Part shown: in pieces, positions 36,137 to 50,000 of the stretch
Layout: every line of letters starts with the position of its first letter
Position numbering within the stretch: position 1 is the first letter of the stretch
NCBI GenBank assembly: GCA_051362555.1
Contig: CM120644.1
Coordinates: 6,270,954-6,334,953 of the forward strand
DNA length: 64,000 nucleotides
Reading direction: 5' to 3'
Source of the DNA: Lingula anatina
Taxonomy: Eukaryota; Animalia; Brachiopoda
Position numbers and translations under genes: made by a program
The notes under the pieces: generated by a model
The model's database searches: none
What the model was told of the DNA's origin: nothing
What the model saw: only the letters and a program-made list of their open reading frames with translations

Positions 36137-38462
36137 ATTGTACCACCAGCGTAAGCGCTGGCGGTACACATGCTTTTAGTCCCGTCCGGATCATTCCGCC
36201 GGCTCCGCCGGCTCCGCCGGACGGCTACCGTTACCGCTTCTCCTCCTAGATGGTAAGGGCCCCCGTACCCATCTCTTGGATTTAGGTCACCTATAATCTC
36301 AACTCGTTCCACGTAAAATTTGGGCTTTGCCGGTTTTGGGGTCTAGGTGTGGCACTCATTGCAATGCACCCTTGTCTAAAAATGGCAAAATTGAATGCTA
36401 ATTATTTACCCTACGGAAGGAATTATGGGAAAAATTTCTACAGACGGCTTTCCAAAAGTCATATGTGTAGATTTCAATTATGCCCTTGGATTTGACCTTT
36501 GACCTTTATTTCAAGGTCAAATGGGCCAAAATTTTCAAAAAAATGAATTTTTTTATGAAAAAAAAATTATTTGCCCTGTTATTCAGACACCACACAGACT
36601 TAACCAATAATATTATTGGAAAGTGTAACCCTTCAGGTCATCTTTCATCTCCGTGAATTTGGGGTCAATCGGTGCATTTTCACGAGAGTAGCGGCCATAA
36701 GATACCGAAACTGAAAACTGTCTCTAATTCGGGAACCGTTAATGCTAGAGACCCATTCTTTTTTGCATTTTGTAGAGCATGTAAAACCCAACACTGGAGG
36801 TGGTCTCAGTTTTTTTGTATTCCATACGGTTTTCGAGTTACGCTGTATCAAAAAGTACATATTGGTGGTGAAAGCAAAATGTGCAGTACGGTAATGGATA
36901 AAAAATTTTGAACTCCGGAAAAATAAAACATAAGGCTTGGCAAAGCAGACAACTTGTGGTCAAAAATGACATTATTTCATCAAATTTGAACATTTGGAAC
37001 TTCAGAGCACCTCCCATTTCAAGAATTTTGACCAAAATGACCTTTTCTTTATTTTAATTAATTTTTTCTGTAGGAAATTTATGGCACATTATGGTAACTT
37101 CAAAATTATAACATTTAGTCCCTTATATCTCCAAAACTGGCAGAGATAGGTCCATAGTTACTATTGTAGTTCAATAGGAAGTCATATACTGGCAATCTTA
37201 ATGTGACCTTAAATTGACCTTTGACCTACTTTTCACCATGAACTGAACTTTGCAAATTTTGCTTCCCTTTTATCTCCAAAACTGGCAGAGATAGGTCCAT
37301 AGTTACTATTGAAGTTGAATAGGAAGTCATATACTGGCAATCTAAATGTGACCTTGAAATTGACCTTTGACCTACTTTTCACCATGAACTGAACTTTGCA
37401 AATTTTGGTTCCCTTTTATCTCCAAAACTGGCAGTGATAGGTCCATAGTTACTATTGAAGTTGACTAGGAAGTCATATACTGGCAATCTAAATGTGAACT
37501 TGAAATTGACCTTTGACCTACTTTTCACCATGAACTGAACTTTGCAAATTTTGCTTGACTTTTATCTCCAAAACTGGCAGAGATAGATCCATAGTTTCTA
37601 TTGAAGTTGAATAGGAAGTCATATACTGGCAATCTAAATGTGACCTTAAATTGACCTTTGACCTACTTTTCACCATGAACTGAACTTTGCAAATTTTGCT
37701 TCCCTTTTATCTCCAAAACTGGCAGAGATAGGTCCATAGTTACTATTGAAGTTGAATAGGAAGTCATATACTGGCAATCTAAATGTGACCTTGAAATTGA
37801 CCTTTGACCTACTTTTCACCATGAACTGAACTTTGCAAATTTTGGTTCCCTTTTATCTCCAAAACTGGCAGAGATAGGTCCATAGTTACTATTGAACTTG
37901 AATAGGAAGTCATATACTGGCAATCTAAATGTGACCTTGAAATTGACCTTTGACCTACTTTTCACCATGAACTGAACTTTGTAAATTTTGGTTCCCTTTT
38001 ATCTCCAAAACTGGCAGAGATAGGTCCATAGTTTCTATTGAACTTGAATATGAAGTCATATACTGGCAATCTAAATGTGACCTTGAAATTGACCTTTGAC
38101 CTACTATTCACCATGAACTGAACTCTGCAAATTTTGGTTCCCTTTTATCTCCAAAACTGGCACAGATAGGTCCATAGTTACTATTGAAGTTGAATAGGAA
38201 GTCATATACTGGCAATTTACTGTGACCTTGAAATTGACTTTTGACCTACCTTACGATGAACTTAACTTTGATTGTACTATTTTTAGTCATATATATTTTT
38301 TGCATATTTTGAAAATTCTTGTTGATTGCATTTTTACAGCTTGCCAAGCACAAGCCTGGTGGCTGTGTCCCTTATTTTGTGTATGTGGGGGTCTATACGA
38401 ATGCGCTTGCTCCAGCTGGTGGTACAATATTCGGAGGCGGTATCGCCTCTCTGATCCTCTAG
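36137..38462 (+). mobile_element. HINE-like element, copy 2, with 8 x 145-146-bp central satellite
   Basis: Same ends and internal sequence as 29954-33484; array ~37120-38250; inserted in a (TTA)n tract. Confidence 0.88.
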
Positions 38463-38578
38463 TTATTATTATGATTTCTTTTTGTTTTGATTGTTAAAAA
38501 AAAAAAAAATTCCAGCTGCAAAGAATCCCCAAAAACGCAATTGGCACCTCAGACACAACAAACACATTTCATATCAAA

Positions 38579-41035
38579 ATGGCTTTACCGGGGACAAGGC
38601 ACCTTTGTTTTAGTCGCTGTAAGACCAATTTATACACAGTTATACGAAGAATAGCTGGCAGTCAGACATTTTGCGGATCAGGTAAGTGATACTCTTTCAT
38701 ACATGCCTACTGGCTTTCCAGATTGAGGATAATGGTGGCTCCTCAACCGACACCGACCCCCCCCCCCCCCCCTTACCACCACCACCCCTCCACCTCGCAT
38801 TCCTCCGCCCCCTTTCTCATCAGCAGGGCATCTTTTGTTAATTGTAGTCTCTTAGTGCGCTGTAAAGTATTATGGTGAAAAGTAGTCTCTCGAATCTCGA
38901 CAAGTGAGTTGGCTTGCTCTGGTTTTCACGAAAATAGTCGAAGTGAGGCTTTGGCATGAAAATGTGCATGTTCATTTCTCGTAGTGCAAAACTGAGTTAA
39001 CTGTTTATATAATGACATTTGCCAATTGGACAGGCACTTTGAGATGAGGGCAAAGACTGTTTAAAATTGCTGTGTACACGTACATTCCTGTTGATTTCAT
39101 ATTGGCCGCTAGATGGCGCTGTAGAAGTACAATACAAAACCAATCTAAGTTCTCTCAAATAAAATTTTAATATTAAATGATCTCAAACTAATGACTTAAT
39201 GAATGGTGAATATATTAAAATCATGTAAGTTTTCCAATTCTATTTATACACCCTTTTTCATGAAATATATAATACTGAATATGTTTGATAGTATATTGTA
39301 AAGTATACCTGGTATAAAAAAATATAGTGTAATGCCATTATATACTGGTATAATACCTAAATACTGTATAAGTGTTTTAAATCAGAAAGTAGTAATTGGA
39401 CTGGACATGACAAATATATGTTCACAGTCAGCAATAATTTGTTAATTATTAATTATTAGCTTCCACAGACAACAGAGAAAACAAACATGACTTGCCTTTG
39501 GAGGGTATAAGAGTTATTGACATGACAAGGTAATTGTTGGGCATATATTATGTGCTTTCTTTGTTTTATTTGGTTTAACCGATCCTTTTCCTCATGAACC
39601 ATTTCATTGATCAATCAGTACTTTTATAGTCCAGCAGGTGTTCTAGAGCTCCTGCAATATGCGGCATCTTGTGAACAGGAGTATTCCCACTAAATTGGGA
39701 CTATAATTCCCACATTTTATTTTATAATTTTTTTTATATTACCAGGGTTTTATGTGGCCCCTACTGTTCAATGATCTTTGATCTTTGAAGTTTTCATTGT
39801 GGAATTTTTTCTCACTTTTTTTTTCATCAACAGGGTGTTAGCTGGTCCATACTGTACTATGATCCTGGGAGACTTGGGAGCTGAGGTGATCAAAGTTGAA
39901 CGACCAGGTGACATTCTTGAATAAGGATAAGAATTAATGCTCATACTAGACACATTATGGTATTTATGAGCTCTGACGCTTCTTGTTTATCACATAGGCT
40001 TCACCTGCACCTGTTGTTGGATTCAATAATTACAAATTACAAATATTCTTTTAATGAAATCTTGTGCAGTGAGTTTTTTTTTCTTTTGTGTGTGTTAAAA
40101 TTTCTACATGCATTGAATTTTTGAACTTGTATGATTAACTTCAAAGGTTTTCTTATAGATAATTATCTAGCTTTAATAATCCATGTAGGTGTTAAAATGT
40201 ATTTATTTCATTTTTTATCTTAATTTGTTTGATTAATTTCAAAAGTTTTCTTGTATATTATTATCTAGAATTAATAATATAAATTAAATTAGGTATTTCT
40301 CTACAATATCAGAAAAGCTAGAGCTTTTCTATTTCTTCAATTTTCAGTCTCTCATATATTATCATTATTATGTGATCACACTTAGGTATAGGAGATGAAA
40401 CAAGATCTTGGGGACCGCCATTTTGTGGAGACCAAAGTGCCTACTTTCTGTCTATAAACAGGAACAAAAAGGTATAATATTACCACCAAGTGCAGTATGC
40501 TGCAGTCTTACACCGACAATTTAGAAGTTCTAAATAAAAGAGAAAATAGAAAAAAATACAGTACAAGTGTTTATTACAGTTTTGTATGACAGTTTGAGTT
40601 TTTTTTAATATTAAATAAAGAAGTTTAAATGTACCTGGCACAAACCCACTGTGTTTATTTTATTTCATCATTAATGCAATATTATACAGTGAAGGTAGTC
40701 AAAGAATCACAATCATTAGTCTCACCAAGCTACAACAAACACAATTAGTACAGTAATAACTAAATGTAACAACTAACAAAATCAGTTTATTAAACTTAAC
40801 AATCAGTGGCACTTTGGAGTGAACACTTTTCCCCTCCATTTCAGAGTGTAGCAGTGAACTTCAAGTCTCCTGATGGGAATCAAATAATAAAAGAGGTTGA
40901 GATGAGACCACTGCGGTCTTTTATTTTAAACTGATAATGGCCAGAAATGTAGTTGAAATCTTGACATATTTAGCTCGACTGTGAAACACAAAGAAGACTT
41001 TTGTTTTTTAGAATATTACTTGAAAATGAATGCCT

Positions 41036-41082
<47 letters not shown>

Positions 41083-44000
41083 CATGAATGTATCAGTAGA
41101 AATTATATAAAAACAGTTGAAATAATCCCTGAAAAGACCAAAGAAATGCAAACATTTTATTTGCAGTTAATCAAGAAAAGTGATGTCCTCATAGAGAATT
41201 ACATCCCAGGAAAGCTAGGAGAGATGGGGTTGAGTTACCAAGATCTTCAGGAGGTGAATCCCAGGCTGGTCTACTGTTCTATTACTGGTAGGGTTGAGAT
41301 CCAAATTTTGTTGCTATCTATGTGCTCCTCACCTAAGTTTTGGATGTTCTCCCCTTCTCTCTGTCTCTCTCTTTCAAAAAGAAAAAAAAAAAAAAAACAT
41401 CCCTCATCCCTGTGTCCACATTACACATAACAGTAATGAAAATTTTCCTTGACTGCTGTCTAGAATTTGGCTTGCTTTATTCAGCTTATTCTTTTTCCTT
41501 GTGCCTCACCCCAAGTACTGCCCCCTTCCTCCCAAACCCAACCGGACCCTGGCATTGCTTTAGTCAGAGCAAAAAAGTCATCCTTTATTCCATTTTATAA
41601 CTTATTTTACATCTAAAATTTTTACTGGAATAGTTTTTTAAAATAATTTAAAAATAAACATCCGCATTTCATGAGACAAGAAGCAAAGATATATCCTGTT
41701 ATCTAAGACAGTTTTCTGCATCATTTTTATCGGAAAAGAAGTTTATAGATTTAAGGGCAATCTTGTAATCTGCAAAAAAAAAAAAAAAATCTCTGTTTTT
41801 CAGTCTGCACAAGTAAATTTTGCGTGTATTTCTATATTTAAAAAAAAAATGATAATGCTGTAATGGTATTCCAGGCTACGGCCACACTGGTCCATATTCA
41901 CTAAGAGCAGGCTATGATGTCATAGCTGCAGCAGTTGGGGGATTGATGCATATAACTGGACCTGCTGTAAGTAATATTAATTGATAAAACAAGTCCTAGC
42001 ATTTGAAAACTGACCACCCCATTTTGCACATTTATTAAAGAAATGCACGTCTTACAAATGTCTTGTCTTGTTGATAAATATACTTTTTTTAAAATTAATT
42101 TTAATTGATTATTAAAATAGTTTGTAAGTGCTGGCATTCAGTTTGACCACCTCAGCTGTGGAGAGAAATAATAAGACAGGTGTATTGAAAAAAATATAAT
42201 ATGTTTTATTATGTTAAGATTTTTTGACAGGAAAAAATGATAGAAAATTAAAAATTAGATAAAAAAATTTTACTGCAGGATGGAGAGCCGTGCCGCGTTG
42301 GGGTGGCTATGACTGACCTCTCTACAGGACTATACGCCTATGGTGCCATCATGGCAGCACTTTTATATCGTAATAAGACTGGACATGGGCAACATATAGA
42401 CTGCAACTTACTAAACACTCAGGTAATTTCAATTTACTTTTTAAACCATTCATGGTGATAAATATTTACATTGATGTTCATATCTTGGTGGAAAAAAACA
42501 AATGTTTTCACATTCTGTCATATCATACACATTTATTCCTGCTTGCATGGGTAAGAAAAATATATAGAACATGTTTTTATCTTTTTGTTATTGATTTTGC
42601 CCATTCAGGTCAAAGCATTAGGCAAATAACTAATACCCTTACTCCTGTTTATATATGACCTTACGTAAATGACAGATGATTGAACTATTGATAGAACTAA
42701 TAGAACTATTGAATTTGGCTGAGGTCTGCAAAACAATTAACATATTACCTGAAAGCAAAAGTCAATGATAGTTCTTACAGATATAAAAATATAATATGAC
42801 ACTTAAATGTCAGTGTTCTCCAGATAACACCAAACATTGCAGCAAATTTGAGACAAACTTGTCAGGATCGAGTTCCAAAGAAAAATATGTATAGCTGCAA
42901 AGTTTCATGCATACATCATCAGTGGTTGCAATAAGTTTTGAAGGCCTGCATTGCTGCTATGTATTTTGTCAGATTGCAGTGAGTGTGCAGTATCTATTGT
43001 AAGGACTAGTCAGGAATGTTTTAACATTACCCTGTGCCTCTGTCACCACCAGCAGGCCAGCAGGGTTGATAGTCAATGTCGTGGGTCCCTCTAAGCCATC
43101 GTCTTTAGTGGCAATGTTTCTGATAAACTGTCCCTGTGGGCTCAGTGTCACTATCCTTTTGTTATAACAATCAACGATGAAAATGTGACCGTAGCTATCT
43201 GTGCACATTCCCCATGGTGCATGCAGCTGACCATCACCACTGCCTTGTGTACCATACTGGTACAGCTGATCACCAGTAGGTGACAGTACATGTACACAGT
43301 GTTTGCCCAAGTCTGATATCACAATGTTATCATTCACTGTGTTCACTGTGATGTACTGTGGGGTTGTGCACATGGTCAGTGGAATAGTGTTCAGGAGCTG
43401 TCCACTATCTGCATGGAATGCAAAGATGGATTTCTTTTTACTGTCGCAGACCATTACAAGACCATGTCTGTTCAGTGTGATACCGCATGGCATTTCAAGT
43501 TGACGGTGACCCATGGTTGTCACCTGCTGACCTCTGGTGGAGTACACTTTGACACACTTGTCACCTTTTGATGTTATATACAGATGACCAGTCTGTGACA
43601 CAGCAACATCAAATGGCTTGTTTAACTTAATGTCAAATTTGAACTCCCCTACATATGAAAATATTTTTGTCCTGTCATTTCTCCAATCTACAGCATACAT
43701 AAATTGCTCATCCGTGGCCAACCCAGTTATGAAGGTTTTAGAAGTGTCATCCTTCAGCTTTGTGGTGAAAGAATGCACACATTCTGCCTTCTCCAAGAAA
43801 ACTGGAAGATTTGGTGCTGATCTTGGATTTGTTCTCAGTCCAGTTAATGGAGGTTTTGACTGTACTGTCACCTGTCCTAACATGGCTTCCAGTCCGGAAG
43901 TAGATATCTTACCAGGACTATAAGATATCTCTGCAGTTGTGTCTGGTGTTAGAACTGGTGTGTTCTCCATTGATACCAATCTCTCTGTCAGAGTTTTTGC

Positions 44001-47000
44001 ATGAACCATGATATCAGAGTCAGTGCCATATGTGACAAGTTGTTGGGCAAAGTCACAGGCACTGTGCAAGGAGGCATGGTGAAGTTCAAGGAAGTCCTTG
44101 TTTGCCTCGCTCTTTGCCTTTCTCACATCATAAGCAGAATTCACTTCTAATATCAATGTCTCTTTCCTCTCATTAATTAATGTACAGATCTGCTGGGCTT
44201 GTCTTTCAATGCTGTTGACAGTGCCTTTCCTGAAAAGAGAGTCCTCAAATTCATTGGCTCCTTCCTTGGCTACTGCCTCTGTGAATATGTTAACTTTTGC
44301 CAGAGATTTTACAAGGGCAGTTTCAATAGTTTCTCTATTGCTTTTTGCAACTTTTTCTACAGGTAAAATACCATGTCTGTAATGATCTGTTAATGCGCAG
44401 TCACCACAAACAACGGTGTCATCATCTTCGCAGTAGTATTTCAGTTCATTACCAGGATGTGTTTCACAACCGTTGGTGAATTGTGCATTGACTTTTGTTG
44501 TCGCTGCTACATTGGACTGTTCATTTTCTGACTTCCTCCTTTCTGCTTGTTGCTGGGTTATGATGTCTTTTGCCTTACTAAATGCGAAATTCTTTTTCAG
44601 TTCAGTAAGTCCTTTTTTTGGAGAACGGATCTCGTCTCTACATATAGGACAGAGAAGATTTCTGTCTTTAGTAACAGTTCTTTTGGCATGGTCAGATATA
44701 CAGCCAAAGCAAAATGTATGGTAGCACGGCAGCACACGGGGGTCCTCATACTCTTCCAGACAGATGCTACATGTCAAGAGATTGTCCGTGAAGGCTGCTG
44801 CAAGAGCTTCTGCCATGAATTTCAAACTGTTTTACAGGTAAAATAAAACCTGTACGAAACTGGTTGTAGTTCAGTTGAAATGGACTCACTCATTTTTAAG
44901 AAAATGCAGCCCCTATTTTTTTCTTTCCTGTTCACTTCCTGGTGCAGCTGGTTTGTTTAGTATATATTTAACATGAAAACACTTATGTAGCAAGTACACA
45001 GAGAAAAGTTGCCTGATATTACTCCAGAGTTTGCAGTGAATGCCGTTAACATAACACTTGAAATATTTACCGGTACTGTACACAAAGTAGTTCTTGCTCT
45101 CCTTTTTTGATCTACTCAGTGGTACAGAAAATATCGCATCTGTTTATCAGTTAAGGGTGATCTCACCATAGTTACTATTTGATAAAGTGATTGAAATGGA
45201 ATGAGTCAGTCAAAATATAATCCAGGCCCTATTTATGTTTCCTATTCCCTTCCTGGTGCAGCTGGTTTATTTAGTAGATATTTTACACAAAAACACTTAC
45301 CAAGTGTACAGTGAAAAGTAGCCCGATATTACACCAAAGTTTGCAGTAAATGCTTAAACATAACACTTGCAATATTTATTGAACACAAAGTAGTTCTTGG
45401 TCTCCTTTTTGATTCTCTCAATAGTACAGTAAAATATTGCATCTGTTTATCAGTTAAGGGTGACCTCACCACAGTGGCTTTTTGATAAAGCAATTTAAAT
45501 TTAAATCCATTTTAATGTTCTTATTTACTCTAGCACAGTGTTCCCCCACAGTGGGGCAACTCTTGATAATAATTATAAGATTTTTCTTGACTTGCTAAAA
45601 TTGCTGTTTAGAGAAATGGGATACTTTTGTTGGGAAAAATGGGAATGTTAAAACATTTTACTTTGACTGACACAGTGTTGAGCGTTATAGCTGAGAGGCT
45701 TGCATTCTTTGTATATGAGGAGGTACAGTAATGAATTGCATGTATACTTAGTAATATGACCCTTTATGAAAATCATAATTCAGTATTGAAAGTGATATTT
45801 GAAGTCAAATCTTAATTTGCCTTTAAGCCCAACCAAATTCCCAAAACTTAAAGAGATACCAAAGGATAGCATTCATATTTTCTGAAAAATGACATTTGCC
45901 TACCTTTTGCTTTTCTGTCTACCTTGGTCATTTTCATCAAACCTCATTAAAAAATTAATATTGCAGCAGTATAATGTGTCATACAATAAGATGTCATTAC
46001 TACAACAGACTTTTATGAAATTAAGGGACAGAAAAGTATACCAAGTTTAAGAACAGAAATTGGAACTAGGTGCATTTTCAATGCTTTTTCTACTGGTTGA
46101 GGGATTGATTTGGTTTATCGCATGCCCACTTGTAATTTACAGCACTTGGTTAAAGTTGGGAAATTTTTGTGGTCTTATTGTTCATGTTAGTTTGCGAGGG
46201 GACAATTAAGCTGGGCCTTGGAGAGAATCCCTGCTGAGATAGATTGGTCCTGCTGGACAGATAACTTTTAATCTGAGCACAGCCTGGTGAAACTGTAAAC
46301 TTGAAAGTGTTGGAAGTTGGTCTGTGAATGTTGTACCTGTCTCAGAGCCATCAACAGTATAGTTTGTGGTTTTAAATGATACTTTTACAGCAAAATTATG
46401 CCTAAATGAATAATATAAAGTCTTTACATAACTATTTTAGTAGCATTTTCTGAATGCTCACAGTAACAATTATGCATAATTATAAAATTTGGTTGTTAAG
46501 CATTATGTTATATTGCATCAAAATTAAAAAGAAGTGTTTTTTTTTTTTAAATGTTTGTGATTAAATTGATTTTTGTCATTTTAAGACTGTTTTAATGATG
46601 TTGCTTCTATTAGCTTTGTCATTTATATGTCTGTCCATTTTACAGCTTTGCTGTTTTTAATAAGATGAAACAAAGAGTTTGTATGGGTGTGGAAGATAGG
46701 GGAAATGTCTTTCCATGAGCTCAGACTGAGTGTTTTTCTAGCCATTTATTCAATACAAACAGTACAATACACTCAGAATCATAGATACAATACACAGTAT
46801 TTTGTCAAATATATCGAAAACTTATCCACAGCAAACCATACTCACACACACTGACATGAAATTTATCTACTAAGTGATTATAATTATAATATTATTATAA
46901 TATAATATGTAGCAAACATTTTATATGTAAAAAGGGAAAACTACTAGTACCACATGTCTAGCACAAATATTTAAATTAAAATAATATATTTTATCAAAAA

Positions 47001-50000
47001 AAAAAAATCATTTTCACAAAAACACTGCAATGTGACCCACACAGATATCAAACTTGCTGAATATAATACGGCCGTAATGAGTTATGTAGTAAGTGATTAT
47101 TCTTAACAACTGACATAATATGGCATGTTGATGTATTTATATTTAGACTCATATATATAGAGGAAACTTTTTTCACAAAACTATACAATTGCAAATACAT
47201 GAACAGTAGCTACTAGTAATTCTTTAATTACCTCTAATATTATACATGTATATAAATAAAATTACAATTAAAAAAGAGAGAAAGAAAAAATGGATACAGT
47301 GTCTTAATTTTACACATAGTTCTAAGAGCTTCCATATGGTATTCATTAGCATTTATAAGTATTCAATTAAATTTATTTTATTTCCAAACTTCAGTCTGTA
47401 TGGATCGCAATATATTTGATCAGTGTACAAGGTGATCTGCACCTAGTTAAAGAGCTTGAATGTCTTTATGTTCCCATCCTGCTGAGCCACTACCAGCTGG
47501 CCAATAGAGTTGATGGCCAAGGCACTGGGATACTTCAACCCATCATCACTAGTGGCAATGTATTTGATGAACTGTCCATGTGGACTCAGTGCCACTATTC
47601 TGTGATTCTGAAAGTCAGCAATGAAGATGTGGCCATGGTTATCTGTGCATACACCGCATGGCCAATTCAGCTGACCGTCACCACTGCCTTCTGTGCCATA
47701 CTGGTGGAGCTGATCACCAGTAGGTGCAATGACATATACACTGTTCTTGCCAAAATCTGACAGCACAATGTTGTCATTCACAAGGCTTGCTGTGATGTAC
47801 TCTGGAGAATTGCACATCCTGAGTGGAATCGTATTCAGGAGCTGTCCACTGTCTGCATTGAAAGTGAAGATGGATTTCTTTTTACTCTCACATACCAACA
47901 AGTGATCATGGTCTATGCTCAGAGTTATACCACGAGGCATCTCCAGTCGATCCTGGCCCATGGTTGTCACCTGCTGTCCTTTGGTAGAGTACACTTTGAC
48001 ACATTTCTCACGCTGTGATGTTATGTACAGTTTACCAGTCTTTGACACAGCCACACCACATGGCTCTTTCAATTTTATGTCAAACATGAATTTCCCTGCA
48101 TGTGAGAACACCTTAGTTCTGCCATTCTCTTTATCCACAGCAAACACGTGTCGCTCATCTATGGCTAACCCAGTGATGTACATTTCAGCATTATCATCCT
48201 TCAGTTTAACATTGAAGGAATGCACACACACTGTCTTCTCTATGAATATGGAATGATGTGATGCAGATCTTGGATTTGTTGCATGGTGTTTAGCTAGTGT
48301 AGGCTGTAACTGTTCTGTCAGCTCCCCAAACATGGCTTCCAGACCAGCCAAAGATATCTTACCAGGAATGAATGATATCTGTACATGTGTATCTGGAGTT
48401 GGAACTGGTATGTTCTCCATTGCTTCCATCCTCTTGATCAGAGCTTTTGCATGAACCATGACATCAGAATCAGTACCATGTACAACAAGTTGTTGGGCAA
48501 AGTCACAGGTTCTGCACAAGGAGGCATGGTGAAGTTTAAGGCTGTCCTTGTCTGTCTGCTTTCTTTGGGTATCATATGCAGCATTTACTTCTGATATCAA
48601 TATATCTTTCCTCTGATTAACCAGGCTACAAATATGCTGGGCTTGTTCTTCAATGCTGTGAATGGTGGCTGCCCTTATTTGATTATCCTTTCCTTCACTG
48701 GGCATTTCAGTGGCAAGTGCTTCTTTGAACTTGTTAATCTTTTTTGTACTTTTCACCAGCTCAGATTGAATTTTTTCTCTGCTGCTGTTTGCAACTTTCT
48801 CTATGGGTAGAATTCTATGTCTGAAATTATTTGGTACACAGTCACCACATAGAACAGCATCATCTTCTTCGCAATAGTATTTCAGTTCAGTACCAGGATG
48901 TCTTTCACACCTGATGGTCATTTGTGAGATGGCTTTTGTCACATCATCTTTGTGTGGAGATATGACTTTGTGCTGCTGCAGCTGACTTAAAACTTCTTCT
49001 GCCCTATGCGAATATGAAAATGCGTGTGTACGAAAATCTTTTTTCAATGCTACAAGTCCATCTTTTGGAAATTGAATTTCTTCACTACAACTTGGGCATG
49101 GAAATGTCCTGCTTGAAGTTGTATTTTTCTTAGCATGGTCAGATATACAACCATAGCAAAATGTATGGTAGCAAGGCAGCACGCGGGGGTCCTCACACTC
49201 TCCCCGGCAGATGTTACACCTCAAGAGATTATCCTTGAGAGCTGCTGCTGATGCTCTGGCCATATTGTCACTTAAATGTATGAAGTCATATATTCAGTCA
49301 CTGGCCGTACAGTACTGTTCGTTTGAATAATTTATTGATCTACCCATTGGGTAGAAGTTTTTAAAAAGCCCTATTACTCCACAGCTCAGACTGTATCTAT
49401 TACCAATAATATTCTGTCAGGTGTATTTTCTCCCCATCCTTCTTCTCCTGGCTTATTTTGTGACAAAGCCCAGAATATATACACTCTAGCAAGCATTGGG
49501 TCAATATTATCAATCGGTACTGCTATGCTTACAATAACTGGTTCTTCTAGTTGCACTGTGTCAGCTGTTGTGTGTTAATAATTAATGTATTGATTTTTTT
49601 CTTTTGAATTCACAACAATAGGTATGTTGAACAAGTAAGGTTGAGAAAAAAAAGCTGTCTGCTTATTTTGTTGATGCTGACCTCACCATAACAGCGAACA
49701 GTTTCATTTACAGAATACACAGTTTGTGCTATCCTGGGTGGTAGTTGCATGCATTGTGTTTATTTTAAGCTCACATATTGGAAATCAAATGCTGATTGTA
49801 CATGTAGGGTTTAGCTTGCCTTGGTGAAATAGAAAGTACCAATGTTAAGGTGACTCCAGCCCTGTTGTTTTGAGGTATCTTATTGGGCACTTACATGTAC
49901 CAGTAGTGATAGATATATTGGAGTGGATACTTTCTTAGGGTTCTTGTTACTTTTGTTTATATATATAAGAATATATATAATTCTTGGTTATTATTCTTGA

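Noticed and set aside
30507-37035. Duplicated 65-79 aa ORFs at 30.5 kb and 36.6 kb
   Set aside because: They lie in the shared non-coding interior of the two HINE copies and have no Rep/helicase motifs
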